A DNA stretch of 49,347 bases, from sequence record SRR22947725_6189. One strand, given 5' to 3'. This document shows positions 19,889-29,826 of the stretch, one piece after another. Numbering within the stretch: the stretch's first letter is position 1; the number at the start of each line of letters is the position of its first letter. The position numbers were made by a program, and so were the translations under genes. The notes beneath the pieces are model-generated. The model was given only the letters and a program-made list of their open reading frames with translations, had not been told where the DNA came from and made no database searches.

Positions 19889-20441
19889 CAGGGCGCACTT
19901 CGACCACTTCCGGGATATAATGGCGCAGCAAATTCTCTATGCCCATTTTCAGCGTCAGAGTGGACGAGGGGCAACCGGCACAAGCGCCTTTCATATGCAG
20001 GTAAACGATGCCCCGATCAAAACCGTGAAAGGTGATATCGCCGCCATCTTGCGCCACCGCCGGGCGCACGCGTGTGTCCAAAAGCTCTTTGATCTGCACC
20101 ACAATGGATTCATCGGCGGCATCATAATCGCCCTGCGCGACTGCGCCAGATTGACCGTCTGACAGCACAGGCGCGCCAGATTGGAAATGCTCCATAATCG
20201 CACCCAACAAAGCCGGCTTGATATGATCCCACTCCATGTCATCCGTTTTGGTCACCGTGACAAAATCAGAGCCCAAAAACACGCCCGTCGTGCCGGCAAC
20301 TGCAAACAATCGCTGCGCCAAGGGGCTGGCAGAGGCGCTCTCGGCCGATGGGAAATCCGCCGTGCCCATGTCCATGACAGATTGCCCAGGCAAAAATTTG
20401 AGCGTTGCAGGGTTTGGGGTACTCTCGGTTTGAATGAACAT
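19878..20441 (-). CDS. NifU/Nfu family Fe-S cluster carrier
   Basis: MFIQTESTPNPATLKFLPG N-terminus, VRPAVAQDGGDI, and GACAGCPSS (CxxC). Confidence 0.93.
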   Translation of the reverse strand: MFIQTESTPNPATLKFLPGQSVMDMGTADFPSAESASASPLAQRLFAVAGTTGVFLGSDFVTVTKTDDMEWDHIKPALLGAIMEHFQSGAPVLSDGQSGAVAQGDYDAADESIVVQIKELLDTRVRPAVAQDGGDITFHGFDRGIVYLHMKGACAGCPSSTLTLKMGIENLLRHYIPEVVEVRPVAA

Positions 20442-20469
20442 GAAGCTGCCTTCCGGTTATCGTGCCGCA

Positions 20470-20498
20470 AATATGTGCTGCGGACCGTTCAATGTCAA
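20470..20498 (-). promoter_or_regulatory. Promoter of the nifU gene (-35/-10)
   Basis: Minus strand reads TTGACA-N17-CATATT. Confidence 0.6.
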
Positions 20499-20501
20499 GT
20501 T

Positions 20502-20518
20502 TTTAGAATTATTCTAAC
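20502..20518. promoter_or_regulatory. Iron control element (ICE, Irr-binding box)
   Basis: TTTAGAA-TTA-TTCTAAC versus consensus TTTAGAA-N3-TTCTAAA (one mismatch), 3 bp upstream of the nifU -35. Confidence 0.78.
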
Positions 20519-20529
20519 TATGGGCTACA

Positions 20530-20985
20530 CTAGCTCAAAGCTTCTAATTGTTCTTTGCTTAAAGACCCCGGCACAATCACAATCGGCACGTCCAAACTGC
20601 CGGAAGATTTTGACAATTGGGTTACCAAGGGCCCTGGCCCTTTCCGATCTGTCGCCGCGCCCAACACCAGGATATCCACCTCGTCATCATCGCGAATTTG
20701 CGACAAAATTTCCGGCACGATCTCGCCCTCGCGAATCACCAGCTCAGGATCAACCCCGTGTTTCTCGCGCATCCACTTGGCAAAGACCTCGTAATGCGCC
20801 TCAATCCGCTCACGGGCTTCTTCGCGCATAATTTCTCCGACACCGATCCAATGATTGAACTCCTCAGGTGGAATCACCGCGAGAATTTCAACCCGCGCAC
20901 CGGTGTTTTGCGCCCGCATGGCCGCAAAGCGCATCGCGTTCAAACATTCCGTGGAATTGTCCAGTACAACCATAAATTTACGCAT
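20530..20985 (-). CDS. Universal stress protein
   Basis: MRKFMVVLD.S.EC..A, IREG, LVLGA...GPGPLV and PIVIVPG motifs. Start ATG 20985 with GGAGG upstream. Confidence 0.88.
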   Translation of the reverse strand: MRKFMVVLDNSTECLNAMRFAAMRAQNTGARVEILAVIPPEEFNHWIGVGEIMREEARERIEAHYEVFAKWMREKHGVDPELVIREGEIVPEILSQIRDDDEVDILVLGAATDRKGPGPLVTQLSKSSGSLDVPIVIVPGSLSKEQLEALS

Positions 20986-21141
20986 CACAGGCCTCCATTC
21001 GATCCGCATCATGCCCGGAGCCGCGCCCGCCCGCAACGCCAAATTGCGACAGCTATAAAATATTTAACCTATTGCCCCAGGCGGTTTGCAGCCCAAAGCC
21101 CCGAACCCCGCGGGCACACACCAGGGCGCAAATTCAGAGCC

Positions 21142-22158
21142 CTAGCGCAACATCCCGACGATATCGTAGGTTTGTTGCAAGATCGGAGCGGCCAAAGCCC
21201 GGCCACGTTCAGCGCCGCGGGCCAAAATACGGTCAATCTCATCGGGTTCTTGCATCAAGCGCGACATTTCGCCGGAGATCGGCGCCAGCTTTGAGACGGC
21301 CAAATCTGCAAGCTTTGGTTTGAATGCGCCAAATTGCTGCCCGGCAAATTCATCAATCACCGCCTGCGGTGTCATCTCATTCAGCGCAGCGTAGATATTT
21401 ACCAAGTTGCGCGCCTCTGGCCGGCCGTCCAACCCCTCGAGCGTTTCCGGCAATGCTTCGGCATCGGTTTTCGCCTTTTTGATTTTCTTGGCCAAAGCAT
21501 CCGCATCATCGGTCATATTCAAACGGCTCATATCGCTGGGATCAGACTTGGACATTTTCTTTGTCCCATCGCGCAGGCTCATAACCCGCGTCGCCGCCCC
21601 CTCAATCACCGGTTCGGGAATTGGGAAAAAATCCACACCAAAATCATTGTTAAACTTCGTCGCAATATCGCGCGTCAGCTCCAGATGCTGCTTTTGATCT
21701 TCGCCCACGGGAACATGGGTGGCGTGGTAGATCAATATATCCGCCGCCATCAAAGCCGGGTAGCCAAAAAGACCAAGCGAGGCATTCTCACTATTCTTGC
21801 CCGCCTTGTCTTTCCACTGTGTCATGCGCTTCATCCAGCCCATGCGCGCCACGCAGTTGAAAATCCAGCCCAGCTGCGCATGTTCTGGTACCTGGCTTTG
21901 ATTGAACAAGATTGATTTTTCAGGATTAATGCCAGCGGCTATGAAGCCGGCGCAGAGCTCGCGCGTGTTGCGGCGCAGGTCCGCTGGATCTTGCCAGACA
22001 GTGATCGCATGCAAATCAACCATGCAATAGACAGTTTCAAATCCGCCATGCTCTTGCATATCCACAAATCGCTTCATCGCGCCCAAGTAATTGCCCAAAG
22101 TCAGCCCACCTGAGGGTTGGATTCCTGAAAATACGCGCGGAATAAACTTTTCGGTCAT
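21142..22158 (-). CDS. trpS: Tryptophan--tRNA ligase
   Basis: [36 protein letters not shown] and KMSKS motifs. Confidence 0.98.
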   Translation of the reverse strand: MTEKFIPRVFSGIQPSGGLTLGNYLGAMKRFVDMQEHGGFETVYCMVDLHAITVWQDPADLRRNTRELCAGFIAAGINPEKSILFNQSQVPEHAQLGWIFNCVARMGWMKRMTQWKDKAGKNSENASLGLFGYPALMAADILIYHATHVPVGEDQKQHLELTRDIATKFNNDFGVDFFPIPEPVIEGAATRVMSLRDGTKKMSKSDPSDMSRLNMTDDADALAKKIKKAKTDAEALPETLEGLDGRPEARNLVNIYAALNEMTPQAVIDEFAGQQFGAFKPKLADLAVSKLAPISGEMSRLMQEPDEIDRILARGAERGRALAAPILQQTYDIVGMLR

Positions 22159-22191
22159 GAGGGCCTCGGCTCTAGAATTCAGTCTTCACAT

Positions 22192-22220
22192 CGCATAATG
22201 AGCAAGGTCGAAGCCGTCAA
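22192..22220 (-). promoter_or_regulatory. Candidate sigma70 promoter for trpS
   Basis: Minus strand reads TTGACG-N17-TATGCG. Confidence 0.4.
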
Positions 22221-22231
22221 GGAAGCACAGC

Positions 22232-22906
22232 ATGTCCGACTCCCCTCCCCCCGCCGTCAATCACCTACCGCCCGCGGTGATTGTCCTGTTTTTGGCGGTG
22301 GTCATCGGCGAGGCCTATATCGCCGGCGCCGAGGCGCAGCTTTGGGGTCAATTTGATGCCCGTATCGGCCTCATAAGGCAATTTGCCTTCCTCCCTGAGG
22401 GGTTTGAACGGGCCGTATCGGCTGGTATTTGGCAGGCGGAATTATTTTGGCGCATGCTCACCTACCCTTTCGTTCATGCCGCGGTGATGCAGTCCATTTT
22501 GGCCTCGGTTTTAATTTTGGCCTTGGGGAAATTCGTCGGCGAAATCTTAGGCAACACGGCGGTTTTCGCTATTTTCGGCATCTCTTCAGTGTGTGCAGCC
22601 CTTGGATACGCACAGTTCACATCCAGCACATATCCGCTCTTCGGCGGCTACCCGCCGGCCTATGGGTTGATCGGTGGGTTTAGTTTTGTGCTCTTTAGCC
22701 GCGCAGAAGGTCTATTGAGCCACCAATTGCGCGCCTTTCGTATGCTCGGGCTTTTGATGGCAATCAACATCAGCTTTTCCTTGTTCAGCAGCGGGCAGAC
22801 GCTTTGGGTGGCGGAGCTATGTGCCGCCGTGGCGGGCTTTATCTCCGCCGCGTTGATCCAGCCGGGCGGGCTTGCCAGCCTGGTGGCGAAGTTTCGGCGT
22901 CATTGA
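22232..22906 (+). CDS. Rhomboid-like membrane protein (catalytic residues apparently absent)
   Basis: WRMLTYPFVH rhomboid L1 motif and about six TM segments. GGYP and AEL occupy the positions where GxSG and AH would be expected. Confidence 0.72.
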   Translation: MSDSPPPAVNHLPPAVIVLFLAVVIGEAYIAGAEAQLWGQFDARIGLIRQFAFLPEGFERAVSAGIWQAELFWRMLTYPFVHAAVMQSILASVLILALGKFVGEILGNTAVFAIFGISSVCAALGYAQFTSSTYPLFGGYPPAYGLIGGFSFVLFSRAEGLLSHQLRAFRMLGLLMAINISFSLFSSGQTLWVAELCAAVAGFISAALIQPGGLASLVAKFRRH

Positions 22907-22917
22907 TCCATTGCCAA

Positions 22918-24453
22918 TCAGTCCGCCCGGCGGATCATTTGCCGCAATTGCGCAAGGCTAAAGGCCCCAAGTAGGCGACCGGCCAGCGCGTAGCTGAGCC
23001 CCGCCACCCCTAAAATCACTGCCAGACCCAGCAGCCGTAGACCGGCCATTTGCAAGACGGGTTCCAAAGCGCGGGCCGTGATCCAAACCACTGCGCCCAT
23101 CACCAGGCTGGCCAAAAGAATGCGGAACGACCTTTTGCGCAACTGCGCATCCCAGCTTGCCGCCGCACCAAAACGCCGCGCCCCCCACCACAGGCAAACC
23201 AGCATGGCCCAGCCGGCACAAGTTGCCCCATAGGCTGCCGCCGTAAACCCGATATATCGGCTCAAGCCGATTGCCACCACGGCATTAACCACCAATGCAA
23301 CAAGGGCAAAGTTAAATGGCGACCTTGTGTCTTCCCGGGCGAAAAACACCGGCTGATAGAGCTTTTGCAACACAAAGGCCGGCAAGCCCAATCCGTAAAT
23401 CGCAGTGGCCAGGGCTGTGGCTTGGGTATCACTGGCCACAAATGCCCCGCGTTCGAACAATACCGAGACCAATGCCGAAGGGATCACAACCAAGGCCACC
23501 GTGCAAGGAATGGTCAAAAGCAAAGACAGCTCGGCTGCGCGGTTGAAGGCCTCTTGCCCGCCCGCCTCATCGCCAATACGCAACCTCCGTGACAGATCCG
23601 GCAGGAGCACAATGCCAATGGCAACCCCCACCACACCCAGTGGCAGCTGATACAACCGATCAGCATAATAGAGCCAGGCATTGGCTCCTTCAAAATAACT
23701 GGCAATCTGCCGACCCACCAGCAAGTTGACCTGCACAACCCCGCCGGCCAGCGCGGCAGGGGCTGCGATCATCGCCAAACGCTTGAGCTCGGGCGTCATT
23801 TTCGGCCAGCGCGGCAACAGCCGAAACCCCGCCCGGAGCGCCGCAACCCAGAGCACGGCCAGTTGCGCAATCCCCGCCAAAGGCACGCTCCACGCCAGGG
23901 TTAAACCGATATCCCAGCCCAACCACTGCGCCGCAAACAGCGCCAAAATAAAGCAAATATTCAGTAAAACAGGCGCAGCCGCAGCTGCCACAAACAGCCC
24001 CGCTGAATTGAGCACACCCGAAATCAAGGCGGCGAGCGAGATGAAAAGAATGTAGGGAAAGGCAATTCGGCCAAACACCACAGTTAGATCAAAGCGTGCA
24101 TCGCCGACAAAACCGCTTGCCATGGCCCAAACCAAATAGGGCATTGCCAGCATCGCAAGCGCGTTCAGCACGATAAGCACAAGTGCCAACATCGACAACG
24201 CGTCCCGCGCAAACTCCAGCGGCCCATCACCCGAGGCCAGCTTCTTTGAAAACATCGGTACGAATGCGATATTAAACGCCCCTTCGGCGAAAAACCTACG
24301 AAACAGATTGGGCAGAGAAAAGGCCAGGAAAAACGCCTCTGCCACAGGAGAGGCCCCAAGAGCGCCCGCAATCAAAACATCGCGCAAAAACCCCATGACA
24401 CGCGACACCAAGGTCCAAAACCCGACCGTAAAGACCCCCCGCATCATCGTCAT
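22918..24453 (-). CDS. murJ: Lipid II flippase MurJ (MviN)
   Basis: SRVMGFLRD, LPNLFRRFFAEGAF, YYADRLYQLPLG and LFERGAF motifs. Confidence 0.96.
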   Translation of the reverse strand: MTMMRGVFTVGFWTLVSRVMGFLRDVLIAGALGASPVAEAFFLAFSLPNLFRRFFAEGAFNIAFVPMFSKKLASGDGPLEFARDALSMLALVLIVLNALAMLAMPYLVWAMASGFVGDARFDLTVVFGRIAFPYILFISLAALISGVLNSAGLFVAAAAAPVLLNICFILALFAAQWLGWDIGLTLAWSVPLAGIAQLAVLWVAALRAGFRLLPRWPKMTPELKRLAMIAAPAALAGGVVQVNLLVGRQIASYFEGANAWLYYADRLYQLPLGVVGVAIGIVLLPDLSRRLRIGDEAGGQEAFNRAAELSLLLTIPCTVALVVIPSALVSVLFERGAFVASDTQATALATAIYGLGLPAFVLQKLYQPVFFAREDTRSPFNFALVALVVNAVVAIGLSRYIGFTAAAYGATCAGWAMLVCLWWGARRFGAAASWDAQLRKRSFRILLASLVMGAVVWITARALEPVLQMAGLRLLGLAVILGVAGLSYALAGRLLGAFSLAQLRQMIRRAD

Positions 24454-27218
24454 GATAGCGCCCTCGTCGCGCCTTGCTTCAAAGCATCCCGCAGTTTTTG
24501 CTCCAAACTGTCCCGCTTGGCCTTGGAATGCAGCTTCAGCCCGAACATGTCTTTGACGTAGAATGTATCGACCACCTGTTCACCATAGGTGGCAATCACC
24601 GCGCTGGAAATATTCACATTGGCCGCGGCCAGCGTGCGGGTCAGGTCATAAAGCAGTCCGAGGCGGTCGCGTGTATCAACCTCAATGATTGTGTATATTT
24701 CAGAGCCTTCATTGTCGAAACTGATCGAGGTGGGCACTTGAAACGCCCGCTCACGTTTCTTGATTTTATCACGCGATTGGATGGCCTCACGGGCCACAAG
24801 CGTGCCTTGCAAGGTCTCGTTAATCATCTTTTCCAACCGTCCAAGTCGCAGGTCCTCATAGGGGTGACCTTCCGCATCCTGCACCCAAAAAACCGCGGTA
24901 GCGTAGCCGTCTTTGCTGGTGAAGGTGCGCGCGTCGACCACATTCGCCCCGCTCAAGGCCAAAGCGCCACAAATCCGGCTAAACACCCCCGGGTGATCCC
25001 CCATCGCAAAGCAAATTCGCGTTGCGTCGCGATCTTCATCGGGCTGCAAATCCATACGGATTTCGTCTTCTGGAATATCCAGAAGCAGCCGGGCAAAAAT
25101 TTGATGCGCCGTGACATGCAGACCTTGCCAATAAGGCGGGTAATGGCGGTTCGTCTCATGCCGCAGCGCCGCTTTGGACCAATCGGGCAGCGCCTTACGC
25201 AGGTTTTTCTTCGCCTCGGTGCCGCGGTTTTCTCGGTTGAGATCTTCCAGCCCGGTCTCCAGAGCCTTTTTCGTTTGCCGGTACAACGCCCGGATCAGCA
25301 CCGCCTTCCAGTTATTCCACACCCCGGGGCCCACCCCTGAAATGTCACAGACGGTTAAGACCGTCAGAAGATCCAGGCGCTTAACCGATTGCACCGCCTT
25401 GGCGAAATCACGCACCGTGCGCGGATCTGCAATATCACGTTTTTGCGCCATATCGGACATCAAAAGATGATGCCGGACGAGCCACTCGACCGTCTCCACC
25501 TCACGCGGCTTGAGCCCCAAACGCGGCGCAACTTCACGGGCGATTTTCGCACCGAGCACCGAATGATCTTCGGGCCGCCCCTTGCCAATATCATGCAGCA
25601 GAAGGGCCACATAGAGCACTTTTCGGTTCAGACCCTCGGCCAATATTCCGCTGGCGACCGGCAGCTCCTCTATCAATTCCCCACGCTCAATCGCAGCCAG
25701 ATGGCTGATCGTTTGAATGGTGTGCTCATCAACCGTGTAGGAGTGATACATGTTGAACTGCATCATCGCGACAATCGGTTCAAACTCCGGAATAAATGCC
25801 GCCAAAACGCCCAGCTCATTCATGCGGCGCAATCCCCGCTCAGGATTGCCATGTTTCAGCAGAATGTCGATAAAGATACGAATAGCCTCATCCGACTTGC
25901 GCATTGATCCATCTATCAAATGCAGGTTCGCCGACAAAAGCCGCATGGCATTCGGATGGATCAAAAGGCCCGTGCGCATAGCCTCTTCAAAAACCCGAAG
26001 CAGGTTCATTTTATCTTGTAAGAACGCATCCGGATCGGCAATGGCCAGCCGGTTTTGCAACACAGAAAAACCCGGCTTCAACTTTGGCTTTCGGCGCAAC
26101 ACACGCAGCAAAACAGGCTCCTTCTTCACCTGCGCAGCCTCAAGAGCGGTCAGGAAAATGCGAGTCAATTCCCCCACTTTTGTCGCATGGCGAAAATAGG
26201 CCTGCATGAAATGCTCCACCGCGCGCCGCCCGCCGCGGTCGCGATAGCCCATCGCCTCGGCAACCTCGACCTGCAACTCAAAGGTCAACTGGTCCATCGC
26301 GCGATTGGCAATCAAATGAAGATGACAACGCACCGCCCAAAGAAAATTCTGCGCGGCCTCAAATGTGGCGAATTCCTCGGCGCTGAACACGCCGGCTTCA
26401 ACCAATTGCTCGGCATGAAATACCCCGTTGATGTATTTTTCGATCCAATAAAGTGATTGCAGATCGCGCAGCCCGCCCTTGCCCTCTTTGACATTCGGCT
26501 CCACCATATAGCGCTGGCCGCCCTGCTTGAGATGGCGTGCATCCCGTTCCGCAAGCTTGGCTTCGGTAAATTCGCCTGCGGTATTTTTAAAGAGCTTTTC
26601 TCGAAGCTGGGTTTGAAGCTGCTGGAACACCTCTTGGTCACCAAGTAAGAACCGCATCTCAACCAAAGATGTGCGAATAGTGTAGTCTTCCCTGGCCAGG
26701 CGCAGACAATCCCGGATCGTGCGGCTGGCATGACCCACTTTAAGGCGCATATCCCAAAGCACATAGAGCAAACTTTCAATCACACTTTCGGCCCAAGCGG
26801 TCATCTTATAGGGGATAACGAAGAGCAAATCGACATCTGAGAATGGCGCCATGCCGCCCCGACCATAGCCCCCCACAGCCACAATCGCCAATTGCTCAGA
26901 GGTGGTCGCAACTTGCCGGGGATGCATATAGCGCAGTGCCGCATCATAGGCTGCCGCCACCGCACAATCGGTCAAATAGCAATAGCTCATCGTCGCGGCC
27001 TGCGACGCGAAAGGCGCCGCCTTGAAGGCCGCCGAAATCCGCTCCAGCCCTGCAGCACGGCTCTGGCGCAGAATGCCCACCACAGCCCCGCGGATCGCCG
27101 CCGCATCACTGAGATCTGCCACCGCGCGGTCAATCTGGGCGGCAACATCCTCGCGATCAAAGATGTCAGACGCCTCGACAATGAGATCCGAGGGCGCGCG
27201 AAGCTTGGACAGTTCCAA
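24450..27218 (-). CDS. glnD: [Protein-PII] uridylyltransferase
   Basis: AVGGYGRG..APFSDVDLL, EPNVKEGKGGLRD, HSYTVDEH, LLHDIGKG, and two C-terminal ACT domains (DHPG, DRLGLL). Confidence 0.97.
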   Translation of the reverse strand: MELSKLRAPSDLIVEASDIFDREDVAAQIDRAVADLSDAAAIRGAVVGILRQSRAAGLERISAAFKAAPFASQAATMSYCYLTDCAVAAAYDAALRYMHPRQVATTSEQLAIVAVGGYGRGGMAPFSDVDLLFVIPYKMTAWAESVIESLLYVLWDMRLKVGHASRTIRDCLRLAREDYTIRTSLVEMRFLLGDQEVFQQLQTQLREKLFKNTAGEFTEAKLAERDARHLKQGGQRYMVEPNVKEGKGGLRDLQSLYWIEKYINGVFHAEQLVEAGVFSAEEFATFEAAQNFLWAVRCHLHLIANRAMDQLTFELQVEVAEAMGYRDRGGRRAVEHFMQAYFRHATKVGELTRIFLTALEAAQVKKEPVLLRVLRRKPKLKPGFSVLQNRLAIADPDAFLQDKMNLLRVFEEAMRTGLLIHPNAMRLLSANLHLIDGSMRKSDEAIRIFIDILLKHGNPERGLRRMNELGVLAAFIPEFEPIVAMMQFNMYHSYTVDEHTIQTISHLAAIERGELIEELPVASGILAEGLNRKVLYVALLLHDIGKGRPEDHSVLGAKIAREVAPRLGLKPREVETVEWLVRHHLLMSDMAQKRDIADPRTVRDFAKAVQSVKRLDLLTVLTVCDISGVGPGVWNNWKAVLIRALYRQTKKALETGLEDLNRENRGTEAKKNLRKALPDWSKAALRHETNRHYPPYWQGLHVTAHQIFARLLLDIPEDEIRMDLQPDEDRDATRICFAMGDHPGVFSRICGALALSGANVVDARTFTSKDGYATAVFWVQDAEGHPYEDLRLGRLEKMINETLQGTLVAREAIQSRDKIKKRERAFQVPTSISFDNEGSEIYTIIEVDTRDRLGLLYDLTRTLAAANVNISSAVIATYGEQVVDTFYVKDMFGLKLHSKAKRDSLEQKLRDALKQGATRALS

Positions 27219-27220
27219 GC

Positions 27221-28411
27221 CTAAAATCCGATATTGGAAAAGCTGCCCGGAGCTGGCGACAACACAACGACTTTATTGCCTTCAATGGTGGCCACCGCCA
27301 AGCCGCGTTCAACCGTGCCATCATCGCGCAAGCGGAAAATGCCTGCCGCGCCCTGAAAACCGCTGCTTAAGGTCAATCCCCGCCGGTTCAAAGCATCTCG
27401 GTTGCCCGTGGCCACTGAGGCGCCCACTGCCGCCACGCCATCATAGGCAATGGCCGCCAATGGATGCGGCGCGCGGCCATAGACGGTTTGAAAGCGCGCA
27501 TTGAATTGTTCGCTGCGCACAGGGCTTGGCATGGCGAACCATCCCCCCTGAATAGCCGGTAAATGAAAGGCGGAGGGCAAAGCGTCCCACTGCGCCAAAC
27601 CGGCATATTGCACCAGCTGCGGATCCACTCCCGCCTCTGGCAGCAATTGTGCGATCAAAGGCAACCCGCCGTCGTAATCGGCGGTTAGAAACACGATATC
27701 GGCGTCTATGACTTCATTGCGTTCAGCCACTCGGCTCATCGCATCCACCAACTCCTGTTGCGTAAATTCATACCCCTCTACACCGGCCACGAAACTGCCT
27801 TGCTCTTCCAAGGCCCGCTCGAGGGCATCGCGCCCAGCCTGCCCCGGCACCGTGTTGGCATGTACCAAAAGCGCCCGTGTTTTTCCTTGCTCATATGCAT
27901 AAGCAGCCAAATGCTCGGCCGTGTTCTGAAACGTATGACCCAAGACATAGACATTGCCACCGGCAATCTCGACATTATTCGATAGGGACAAAACACTCAC
28001 GCCGCTGCCGGCAACCGCCAGACCCGCCGCATTGGCTGCGCCCGCAAAAAGCGGACCGACAATCACCTGCGCGCCCTCTTGTACCGCAAGCTGAGCCATT
28101 TCGGCCGCCTGCGGCTCAAGCCCGGCCGTGTCATAGACTTGCATCTGCATTTCAACCCGGCCTTTAAGATCCGCCATGGCCATGCGCGCCGCTTGCTCTG
28201 CAAAAAGCGCCAATTCCTGCACCCGCTCATCCGTCGCTGTGAGCGGCAAGAGAACCGCGACCTGCACCGTCTTGCTGCCATCAAGCCGGAGGCCACCGCC
28301 TGACATTGGCCCGCCAGAGGGCGCAACACAAGCCGACAGAAGCATCGAAGCACAGAGCGCCAATACAGCCGCGCCGCGAAGATGCGACATTGATGGGATT
28401 AGAAAATTCAT
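27221..28411 (-). CDS. Penicillin-binding protein activator LpoA-like lipoprotein
   Basis: Lipobox LSAC, VAVLLPL, YDT, IVGPLFA, AYDGVAA and GIFRL...G..ERGLAV. Divergent from rsmI. Start uncertain. Confidence 0.82.
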   Translation of the reverse strand: MNFLIPSMSHLRGAAVLALCASMLLSACVAPSGGPMSGGGLRLDGSKTVQVAVLLPLTATDERVQELALFAEQAARMAMADLKGRVEMQMQVYDTAGLEPQAAEMAQLAVQEGAQVIVGPLFAGAANAAGLAVAGSGVSVLSLSNNVEIAGGNVYVLGHTFQNTAEHLAAYAYEQGKTRALLVHANTVPGQAGRDALERALEEQGSFVAGVEGYEFTQQELVDAMSRVAERNEVIDADIVFLTADYDGGLPLIAQLLPEAGVDPQLVQYAGLAQWDALPSAFHLPAIQGGWFAMPSPVRSEQFNARFQTVYGRAPHPLAAIAYDGVAAVGASVATGNRDALNRRGLTLSSGFQGAAGIFRLRDDGTVERGLAVATIEGNKVVVLSPAPGSFSNIGF

Positions 28412-28485
28412 AGTCAAAGCGCCCTTCAGAGATTGGTAGACCTGTGTTAAGTGCAGTTTATTGCAATCCGCAAAGGGGTCCAGAG

Positions 28486-29355
28486 GTGAATCATAATTTG
28501 ATTAAGTTGGAGCCCGGCTTATACCTTGTGGCAACACCTTTAGGCTCAGCGCGCGATATTACGCTGCGCGCGCTTGATATTTTAGCCTCTGCGGATGTAT
28601 TGGCCGCCGAAGATACCCGGACAGCCCGAAAATTGCTGGACATTCATGGCGTGCCCTTGGCCGGGCGGCGAATCATTGCCTATCACGATCACAGCCAGGC
28701 CAAGGACCGCCAGAAACTGCTCCAGCATGTCGTGGAGGGTAAGTCCGTTGCCTATGTTTCAGAAGCAGGCACGCCGTTGATCGCCGATCCCGGCTATCAA
28801 CTGGTCGCCGATGCCCGGCGCGAGGGGTTGCCTGTCCTGTCGGCGCCGGGACCTGCGGCCTGTATCGCCGCTCTGACTGTGGCCGGCTTGCCAACGGATC
28901 AATTTCACTTCGCCGGTTTTTTGGCACCGCAACAGGTGGCCCGCCAAAAGCAGCTGGCGGAACTTATGGCTCTGCGCGCAACCGTTGTTCTGTATGAATC
29001 CGCCAAACGGCTGGCCGCGCTTCTGGCCGATATCGAAACGACCGGCGGAGCGGCGCGGCCTGTGGCGGTCTGCCGCGAATTAACCAAGAAGTTTGAAGAC
29101 GTCCAAAGCGGGCCAGTTGAGAGCCTCCGCGCATTCTACGCTGAAACCCCCGCCCGCGGCGAAATTGTAGTGCTGATTGGCGCGGGACAAGAGGCCAAAG
29201 TTGACAAAAGCGATCTTGAGGCGGCGCTTGTTCATGCAATGTTAAATCTTCGCGTGAAAGATGCAGCAGACGCTGTGGCTGGCGCTTATGGCCTGCCGCG
29301 GCGCGATATCTACCAATTGGCCCTCAAATTACAGGCTGTGCAAACCGAAGAGTAA
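28486..29355 (+). CDS. rsmI: 16S rRNA (cytidine1402-2'-O)-methyltransferase
   Basis: LYLVATPLG...DITLRA, AEDTR, SEAGTPLIADPG and RELTKKFE motifs. GTG start at 28486 chosen. Confidence 0.95.
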   Translation: MNHNLIKLEPGLYLVATPLGSARDITLRALDILASADVLAAEDTRTARKLLDIHGVPLAGRRIIAYHDHSQAKDRQKLLQHVVEGKSVAYVSEAGTPLIADPGYQLVADARREGLPVLSAPGPAACIAALTVAGLPTDQFHFAGFLAPQQVARQKQLAELMALRATVVLYESAKRLAALLADIETTGGAARPVAVCRELTKKFEDVQSGPVESLRAFYAETPARGEIVVLIGAGQEAKVDKSDLEAALVHAMLNLRVKDAADAVAGAYGLPRRDIYQLALKLQAVQTEE

Positions 29356-29359
29356 CGCG

Positions 29360-29728
29360 ATGCTTTACAAAGCTGCGCAAGGTACAACCAACCATCTGGC
29401 CGGACTGGCCGCTGAACACTCCGTGATCGCCGAATATGCTGGGCGCGCGCGCCATGTGCTGGCCCATCGCTGGCGCGGCGACGCGGGCGAAATAGATCTT
29501 ATTTTTGCCGATGGCGATGGGTTGATCTTCACCGAAGTGAAAAAGAGCCGGAGCCATGATGCGGCGCGGCGCAACCTAAGCCACAGGCAGCAAAAACGCC
29601 TCTACCAAGCCGCCACAGAATATCTTGCAAATACCGGCCGCTCTTTGGCCACAGAAATGCGCTTTGATGTGGCCTTGGTTGATGAGCAAGGCCATATTCA
29701 AGTGATGGAAAATGCCATGATCCAATAG
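29360..29728 (+). CDS. YraN family (UPF0102) putative endonuclease
   Basis: G..AE, GEIDLI, FTEVK and RFDVA motifs. Lies between rsmI and gshB; start ATG 29360. Confidence 0.88.
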   Translation: MLYKAAQGTTNHLAGLAAEHSVIAEYAGRARHVLAHRWRGDAGEIDLIFADGDGLIFTEVKKSRSHDAARRNLSHRQQKRLYQAATEYLANTGRSLATEMRFDVALVDEQGHIQVMENAMIQ

Positions 29729-29826
29729 GGTTTTGCCTAAGGGCCGCGACAGAAACAAATTGCCAAACCACGAGTGGGTCATTAATGAGTTCTAACCCGA
29801 TCTGGGAACTTGTCTGAGGGACTCAC

